This document shows, in pieces, positions 58,153 to 64,000 of a stretch of DNA of 64,000 bases. Location of the stretch: sequence record PQ390715.1, one strand, 5' to 3'. Positions within the stretch are counted from its first letter, which is position 1; each line of letters starts with the position of its first letter. The notes under the pieces were generated by a model that was not told the DNA's origin, made no database searches, and saw only the letters and a list, made by a program, of their open reading frames with translations. The position numbers and the translations under genes are program-made.

Positions 58153-58907
58153 TTCATACGTTCCTTAATTATAGTCTCTAGATGCGGTATTGCTTTGGTT
58201 GCTGGCTTGATAACTTTTTCATTAAACAAAAAATCATTATCATTTTTACGAATGTTAACATTAACACTATAACATGGTAATGCTGCTGCTAATCTCGACC
58301 ATACCAGTACTGTATCGCTACTACCAATTACAATAACTGTATCATTTTCATTAAGAGATTTCAACACATTATTTCGTTCTTCGTAAATTGGTAAGCGAAT
58401 ACCATCAACATAACGATGATATTCTCCAATCATTACTACATTTGGTTTAGCAAAAACATCATGTTTTGGTATGTATGGTTCGTATCCGCAGTTAATAACA
58501 TTATAATCATCGGAATTGATACTATAATTTTCAATAACTTCGCACAAGTTTCCATGAAGTTTAAGCTCATGACCACCAATACGAGTATAAAGATCGTCCA
58601 TGTTAGAAGTCATATGAAGGAAGCAATCACCATATTGATCTTCTAACGATTTTATAAAATAATGCATTGCATTGGGTTCGCATTGTCCCAATTTTACACG
58701 TAATGTATTATAGAAAGAATGAACAACGTGATATTTCGTAGTTAAACTAGCAATGTTACATACATCATTAATTTTAAATGTATCCCACAAACCATCATCA
58801 AATCGAAAAGGTTCCATACCACTTTCAACAGAAAGTCCTGCACCTGATATAATCAGTAATCGCTTTTTACCTTCATTGCTTATAAATTTTTCTGATATCA
58901 TATTCAA
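58149..58907 (-). CDS. Sir2/CobB-family NAD-dependent deacylase
   Basis: SGAGLSVESG..FR, TSNMDDL, LHGNL, PNVVMIGE, VIGSS. Confidence 0.88.
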   Translation of the reverse strand: MNMISEKFISNEGKKRLLIISGAGLSVESGMEPFRFDDGLWDTFKINDVCNIASLTTKYHVVHSFYNTLRVKLGQCEPNAMHYFIKSLEDQYGDCFLHMTSNMDDLYTRIGGHELKLHGNLCEVIENYSINSDDYNVINCGYEPYIPKHDVFAKPNVVMIGEYHRYVDGIRLPIYEERNNVLKSLNENDTVIVIGSSDTVLVWSRLAAALPCYSVNVNIRKNDNDFLFNEKVIKPATKAIPHLETIIKERMK

Positions 58908-58910
58908 TCC

Positions 58911-59105
58911 TTATAAAAAACCAATTAAATATATTGATAATAACAGAATGATTCCAATATGATAGGCATACATAAAATTATTATCTTTGTGATAACCATT
59001 GGATTTCAAGTCCCTGTATAAGCATTTAGCATTGTTATAAATTACAACAATAAAAAAAACTATAAAAAAACTCAAAACCCATTCATAAATTGTGTATGCC
59101 ATCAT
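58911..59105 (-). CDS. small two-TM membrane protein
   Basis: Two hydrophobic segments. Confidence 0.65.
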   Translation of the reverse strand: MMAYTIYEWVLSFFIVFFIVVIYNNAKCLYRDLKSNGYHKDNNFMYAYHIGIILLLSIYLIGFL

Positions 59106-59131
59106 CTATTCTCTCTTATAATTATATAATT

Positions 59132-59725
59132 TTAATACTTTAAAACATCAAACTCGGCACTTACACTAGTTACATTATCACTGACAATTTTAAAAATTGA
59201 TTTGATGCGTTCATGTAGTGGCACTTTTGATTCATTTTCAACTTCAATATATGCTTGCATTGCTGCAATAGCATGATATGTTCCGCTACCTACGGCTGTG
59301 ATTCGTGTTTTTGGTTGAAGAACTGAAAAATCTTCTTGAACTTCATAAATTGTATGATTGTGAAGAATGATGAACTGTCCACCACCTACTTCTTGTGAAG
59401 GATCACGAGAACCCCATTCCTCTTTGAACATTTGACGAATGATTGGAATAACTTTAAGAACCAAATATTGTGAAAATGTTTGACCAGCAGCTTGTTCAGG
59501 TAAATTAAGGTTATAATTTAACAACTGACCCATACGAAATGATGTAGTATAACCCAATGCTATTACTTCTTTAGTTCTAGTTAGTCCATCATCATGTAAC
59601 TTGATAAATTCTTTCTCGAATACCTTTGGCTCAGTTTGAACAGTTTTTGTAAATCCATTGCTTCCTAACTTATCCCCAGCAATAAAAGAACTTACTCCGT
59701 CAGTGTGTGCAATAATACAGGTCAT
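59132..59725 (-). CDS. HslV/proteasome-beta-like Ntn hydrolase
   Basis: Start MTCIIA (Thr2 nucleophile) after GGAG; AGD, AVGSG...A..AM. Confidence 0.65.
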   Translation of the reverse strand: MTCIIAHTDGVSSFIAGDKLGSNGFTKTVQTEPKVFEKEFIKLHDDGLTRTKEVIALGYTTSFRMGQLLNYNLNLPEQAAGQTFSQYLVLKVIPIIRQMFKEEWGSRDPSQEVGGGQFIILHNHTIYEVQEDFSVLQPKTRITAVGSGTYHAIAAMQAYIEVENESKVPLHERIKSIFKIVSDNVTSVSAEFDVLKY

Positions 59726-59982
59726 AAAATAGCTCCAATTGCAAATAATGTTGTGTATAAGATATAAATTAGTGCTCCTAACAACATTAGGCACACCAAG
59801 TATGAAGTTGATAGTACATAATAAATTATTGCTTCGAATTTTGAATTGAACTTCATTGTAGTTGGATCAATAAAGCCATTACGATAATCTTTGTAAATGA
59901 AAACTGTTAGAAAAATAACTGTAGCATACATTACTACAGTAGCATAAAAAATAATAGATGTCAAGTTTTGGATGTTTGTCAT
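59722..59982 (-). CDS. small two-TM membrane protein
   Basis: Two hydrophobic segments. Confidence 0.7.
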   Translation of the reverse strand: MTNIQNLTSIIFYATVVMYATVIFLTVFIYKDYRNGFIDPTTMKFNSKFEAIIYYVLSTSYLVCLMLLGALIYILYTTLFAIGAIL

Positions 59983-60052
59983 AGTTATATAATCTCAATA
60001 TAATTAATAACAAAGGAAGTACATCATAATCATCCTGTTATTTTAATTATTT

Positions 60053-60661
60053 TTATTGTTTGACTGAACCGTAAAAAACCAGTTCTGGTTTTGTTAATAT
60101 TACAACATCTTCACCACGAGAACGACTAACTCTAAATAGAACTTCTGGTGGGATTCCATTTGCTGCATATAGTGAAAAAAGGAAACCTACCTTTGTTGCC
60201 ATTTCTTCGGTAAAAGTTGATAGCTGTCTTACAGACACAAATGAATTATCACCATCACTAACATTACTTTTAATCGAAATGTTATGAAGACCCAGTACTG
60301 AGCGATTTGTCATATATCGCTTTTCGGGAGATACACTAAAGAATACCACAGTACATGCTGAATTGCAATACCTAGAAACAATTAAATTTATCCCATTGTC
60401 TCTAACAAAGTTTGCCATTCGAATACCTGCATCAAAATCACCACCAGGAGATGTAATTGTGATGGTATCATAGTGTTCTTTATCATACAACTCTATCATA
60501 CGCTTGAGTGACCCATCTGTAATATCTGATATGAAATATACATTTCGGGTTTCAGGATTATACTTTATCACATTTTTACTTTCAATACCAGCACTGGCTG
60601 GAAAATTTATTAACAATAGAAACATCGCTGCTTGTATCACTTCAAGCCATAGTCTTTTCAT
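60053..60661 (-). CDS. exported ClpP/crotonase-fold peptidase-like protein
   Basis: Signal peptide; ITSPGGD, CNSAC, LGLH. Confidence 0.65.
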   Translation of the reverse strand: MKRLWLEVIQAAMFLLLINFPASAGIESKNVIKYNPETRNVYFISDITDGSLKRMIELYDKEHYDTITITSPGGDFDAGIRMANFVRDNGINLIVSRYCNSACTVVFFSVSPEKRYMTNRSVLGLHNISIKSNVSDGDNSFVSVRQLSTFTEEMATKVGFLFSLYAANGIPPEVLFRVSRSRGEDVVILTKPELVFYGSVKQ

Positions 60662-60788
60662 ATAACAAGTCCTCAATTTTGTTTAGGAAGATATAAATAA
60701 TATAGTACTTAAACACTTAAGTCAAACTTTTTCTGTACTTAACTCAAATTTTTAAAAATAAAACTTAAGGTGTACAGTTTATAACAGA

Positions 60789-60817
60789 TCATATCATACC
60801 ACTGATGTTTTGTCAAC
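60789..60817 (-). promoter_or_regulatory. sigma70 promoter
   Basis: TTGACA-N17-TATGAT with TG; a second TTGACT-N17-TATTAT at about 60698-60726. Confidence 0.7.
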
Positions 60818-60886
60818 TAGTTCATGGTGCATCTGATGTAAAAAACAAATATATTTCATACTTATATTTAAAAAAGGAAATAAAAT

Positions 60887-61264
60887 ATGAAAGCTATCGC
60901 AGCACAAGGTAAACTACCATTCAATATCGGCGGGTTTTGTGTAACCGCAGCTAATATAAACGGTGAATTGAAATATAACTTGAACATCTTTAATCAACGT
61001 TCTAGTTGTGTTTACGATCTCATTGATACTGATTTTAATGTTTATCGTTTTGTAACTATCACTAGTTATGATAAAGATAAAATTAGATTAGATGCATCTA
61101 AAACAGCATTGGAAATTGCACCAACTCTAGCCAAAAACACTTTTTGTATTAAGATTGACGATAGTGCATTTGCCGAATCATTCCAGTTTCATAAAATTAA
61201 ATTGAGTACTGGTGCGATGAAATATCACCCTTGGGATTTGTATTATTGCAACCTCCCAGGTTAA
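60887..61264 (+). CDS. hypothetical protein; the only convincing plus-strand gene
   Basis: AAAGGA RBS; not overlapped by minus genes; ends at a bidirectional terminator. Confidence 0.75.
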   Translation: MKAIAAQGKLPFNIGGFCVTAANINGELKYNLNIFNQRSSCVYDLIDTDFNVYRFVTITSYDKDKIRLDASKTALEIAPTLAKNTFCIKIDDSAFAESFQFHKIKLSTGAMKYHPWDLYYCNLPG

Positions 61265-61265
61265 C

Positions 61266-61296
61266 AAAAAAGGAGCCTTATGGCTCCTTTTTTTTT
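61266..61296. terminator. bidirectional terminator
   Basis: A6-GGAGCC-TTAT-GGCTCC-T9 between convergent genes. Confidence 0.9.
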
Positions 61297-61552
61297 ATTC
61301 TACCGTATTAAGCTTCTGACAAATCATATCAGCTTCTACTCGGTCTTTATAATAAATGGTAAATCCAAATCTACTTGTTACCCTTTTCTCACTACGGTGT
61401 ATACAGTTTACAATATAGTACTTATTATTTTGTGCAGAAAAACGAACTTCATAATTTCGAAAAGAAGTATTAGGTTCATCCATAGCAACTATATATAACA
61501 TAAAAATGAAAAACACTGTTATTAGAAAAGCAATAATAATTATTACTGTCAT
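61295..61552 (-). CDS. small membrane-anchored protein
   Basis: N-terminal TM. Confidence 0.7.
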   Translation of the reverse strand: MTVIIIIAFLITVFFIFMLYIVAMDEPNTSFRNYEVRFSAQNNKYYIVNCIHRSEKRVTSRFGFTIYYKDRVEADMICQKLNTVE

Positions 61553-62040
61553 TTATCAAGACCCTTATCATAAATGCAATTAACAATAATTCCAGCATCT
61601 TCCAGTACTTTAATAGCTTCTGGTGGTGTACGAGGATAATTTTTGAGATAAATTACACGTGAAATCCCACTACCTGCGATCAACTTAGAACAAGTATAAC
61701 ATGGTTGTAGTGTTGTGTAAAGAGTAGCACCTTGACGTTCAGTAGGAGAACTATAGAGTAAAGCGTTCATTTCAGCATGGATTTCATGAATATTACTCCA
61801 CTCATGATGTTCATGCTTTGCTTCATCACTAACCCAGTCTTGAAAACACCCATCATTGACTAAGTGTTGATTCACATCACAACAATTTGGTTGTTTTGAT
61901 GGAGTACCATTGTATCCAGTACTCAATACTCGGTTATTTTTAACAATAACACAACCAACTTTTTGTGAAATACATTTACTTTCCTCAGCAACTACTTCTG
62001 CTATCTTCAACCAAGTCGTATGTTTCATTATAAGCTCCAA
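61549..62040 (-). CDS. cd: dCMP deaminase
   Basis: KVGCVIV..NRVLSTGYNG, HAEMNA, TLQPCYTCSK. Confidence 0.92.
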   Translation of the reverse strand: MELIMKHTTWLKIAEVVAEESKCISQKVGCVIVKNNRVLSTGYNGTPSKQPNCCDVNQHLVNDGCFQDWVSDEAKHEHHEWSNIHEIHAEMNALLYSSPTERQGATLYTTLQPCYTCSKLIAGSGISRVIYLKNYPRTPPEAIKVLEDAGIIVNCIYDKGLDK

Positions 62041-62509
62041 TACTTAACAATGCGTTTTTACACAAATCATGAATTTTCATAACTCGAATATAGTTTAACA
62101 CATCTGTTTCATTAATTTCAAATGGTTTATCTGCATATGTGGACCACGTTTGATTTAATTCAATAACAAATGTAATTTTATCTGTATCCATAATATTATC
62201 ACAAAATCTACGAAAATCTTGCTCTTCATCGGAAAGTCTGAAATTTAAATCATTTTTTAAACCATTAACTGTGAAGCAAATACCAGTACTGTAACCGATG
62301 CAAATATCTTCAATATCATATAATCCATAAATTAATTTAGAGATAAACGTTCTATATTTGTTTCTATGATAATAGTTTAATATTTCTTGTTTAATATTAA
62401 TTTCAATATCAGTAGTTTTTTGTAATGTAAGTTTAATTAATTCTAATGTCTTGATTATGTTATCTAACCAGATATTAGTATCATCTATACTTAGGTGTGT
62501 GTATTTCAT
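61985..62509 (-). CDS. hypothetical protein, paralogue family D
   Basis: EILNYYHRNKYRTF...KPFEINE; resembles 62481-63035. Confidence 0.7.
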   Translation of the reverse strand: MKYTHLSIDDTNIWLDNIIKTLELIKLTLQKTTDIEINIKQEILNYYHRNKYRTFISKLIYGLYDIEDICIGYSTGICFTVNGLKNDLNFRLSDEEQDFRRFCDNIMDTDKITFVIELNQTWSTYADKPFEINETDVLNYIRVMKIHDLCKNALLSIGAYNETYDLVEDSRSSC

Positions 62510-63035
62510 TATGTCCCTCTAGATTCCAATCATCAACGAGTTTAGAACAAACTTCCATATGATTATAGTACTTTTCATCCAATACATACGGTTTATTATG
62601 ATATTGTCGTACATCAGTGAATATATCATAATTTCTATATATGAATGACATATTTTTATGCATTAATTCTATAGTTTTCCAAATTTTCTCAATATCATAT
62701 AGAATTGTTTCTAATGACAAACCTGTTAACTTGGAAATTCTTTCAACTTTAAACCCTGATAACATCATAGTACTGTTGTGTTTAGTTAAGTAACTATATC
62801 CAATAGAACTATGTATTAACTCAATACTATCAGTGTATGTGATTGTTTTTAGAAATGATTTTATATTTCTATTAAACCAATACCACTTTTTGTTTTTATT
62901 ATAACAACTATACCATTTCTTCAATATATCAATTGCTTCAGAATTAATTTTTAAAGCAAATTCATCAATTAAAAACATATGATGGTAAAAAATATCACTT
63001 TGTTCTTCAGTTAAATTATATTGCTGCATATTCAC
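62481..63035 (-). CDS. hypothetical protein, paralogue family D
   Basis: DILKKWYSCYNKNK...KPYVLDE. Confidence 0.7.
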   Translation of the reverse strand: MNMQQYNLTEEQSDIFYHHMFLIDEFALKINSEAIDILKKWYSCYNKNKKWYWFNRNIKSFLKTITYTDSIELIHSSIGYSYLTKHNSTMMLSGFKVERISKLTGLSLETILYDIEKIWKTIELMHKNMSFIYRNYDIFTDVRQYHNKPYVLDEKYYNHMEVCSKLVDDWNLEGHNEIHTPKYR

Positions 63036-63155
63036 CTACCCTAGTAACAATGATTCCTTGGGTATTTAGCTCATATAGATCAAAATATGATCAATGGAAA
63101 ATTGATATACAGCAATAAAAATAGGAATCCCATGATAGGATTCCTTTTCACAATA

Positions 63156-63602
63156 TTATTTTTGATATGGGGTGTACTGATATTTTTCACAATCAGCGAC
63201 AGTTAGAACACCTTCATCATAACCATATTGAAGTACAAGGTCAAATGCTTTATCAACCATAGCAACAACATCTTTATAACGAACAATCTTATGAGATTGA
63301 TTCTCAACTGCTTTCATAATCCCCATTAGCAACCAGCGACCTTCATCGGTGTGTAATTTAGCAAAGCGTGGACGCTTTGTCGCTGCCATAATATCAGTCC
63401 ATTCAGCTTTAAAAATGTGTGGACGTTTTGGAATATCATATAGTGTAGTAGGGAAAGTTACATTATTTTTCTTCATTGCTTCTGCTTGTGCTGCACGATA
63501 GCCCTGACGATATAATGGATGCTGCATTTTTAGCTGTTCAGCACTTAGAACTACTTTTGCTTTGTATGCGTCATAACCATCTTTATATTGTGCATTGGAC
63601 AT
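63156..63602 (-). CDS. hypothetical protein
   Basis: ORF track; YKDGYDA/YRQGYRA repeat; terminator at about 63123-63145. Confidence 0.75.
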   Translation of the reverse strand: MSNAQYKDGYDAYKAKVVLSAEQLKMQHPLYRQGYRAAQAEAMKKNNVTFPTTLYDIPKRPHIFKAEWTDIMAATKRPRFAKLHTDEGRWLLMGIMKAVENQSHKIVRYKDVVAMVDKAFDLVLQYGYDEGVLTVADCEKYQYTPYQK

Positions 63603-63603
63603 A

Positions 63604-63894
63604 TTATTCTTTTACCTCATCAGTTTGAATGTATTTTTTGTCAGAGAATGTACCGTGTTCTTTACGCACAGCTTCTGCATGTTGAACCGCATCAACTGGA
63701 TTAATGTTCTTTTTAATTAGTACTTCCTTCATTAATTCAAGTACAATTGCAAAACCATTCAGCACACGCTCAGATTCATCTACATTTTTTAATTCAAGTG
63801 CTACTGCACTAATTTGATCGAACGCAACATTAATAAAATCGGAATCTTCTAATACATTTGCTACTTCCGTATTATTACGTACTAGTACTTTCAT
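63604..63894 (-). CDS. degenerate MazG-like (phosphoribosyl-ATP pyrophosphohydrolase-like) protein
   Basis: MKVLVRNN...LEDSDF...EHGTFSDKKYI frame matches KLVRD...LDDEEY...ERGGF..RI; acidic motifs missing. Confidence 0.45.
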   Translation of the reverse strand: MKVLVRNNTEVANVLEDSDFINVAFDQISAVALELKNVDESERVLNGFAIVLELMKEVLIKKNINPVDAVQHAEAVRKEHGTFSDKKYIQTDEVKE

Positions 63895-63942
63895 ATAATC
63901 TCCACAAAGATGATGCCCCATATTGAGGCATCAAAATCTATC

Positions 63943-64000
63943 TTACACCCACTCTTCCACGCCACCGCGACGCTTAACTAAGTACTTACCTTCTTCATTT
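63943..64000 (-). CDS. 3' end of a gene starting beyond the window
   Basis: Reads ...NEEGKYLVKRRGGVEEWV-stop, followed by a hairpin. Confidence 0.5.
   Translation of the reverse strand, partial: NEEGKYLVKRRGGVEEWV

Overview
This is a gene-dense, AT-rich (about 30-33% GC by eye) segment of a lytic T4-related jumbo myophage, read almost entirely on the minus strand. Gene content resembles the RaK2/GAP32/PBECO4-type enterobacterial jumbo phages; that assignment is inference, not a database result. Structural and lysis genes: tail sheath, two tail-tube paralogues, tube initiator, neck protein, head-completion nuclease, large virion proteins including a GH8-like enzyme, a spanin pair and a LysM-lysozyme. 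Nucleotide metabolism: dNMP kinase, nrdD/nrdG, glutaredoxin, dCMP deaminase, PhoH. RNA, translation and NAD-related functions: CCA-adding enzyme, HPF, RlaP-type nucleotidyltransferase, 2H phosphoesterase, macrodomain, two Nudix enzymes, Sir2, a cREC domain and SLOG. There is also a MoxR/VWA pair and many small paralogous hypothetical proteins. No tRNA, rRNA or CRISPR array was seen. The most notable unexplained signals are: (1) an approximately 515-nt, heavily structured non-coding transcription unit at 31083-31597 with its own promoter and terminator; (2) a recurring non-canonical promoter class, TGGGACA-N-TGA-TATAAT; (3) about 5-6-fold excess of the palindrome AGTACT across the window; (4) a cREC / NUDT16-like / Sir2 operon; (5) several apparently inactivated host-like proteins (ACP with Ser to Trp, Pth2-like, MazG-like); (6) four single-base frameshifts that are either sequencing errors or recoding sites. 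All family calls are by-eye motif recognition.
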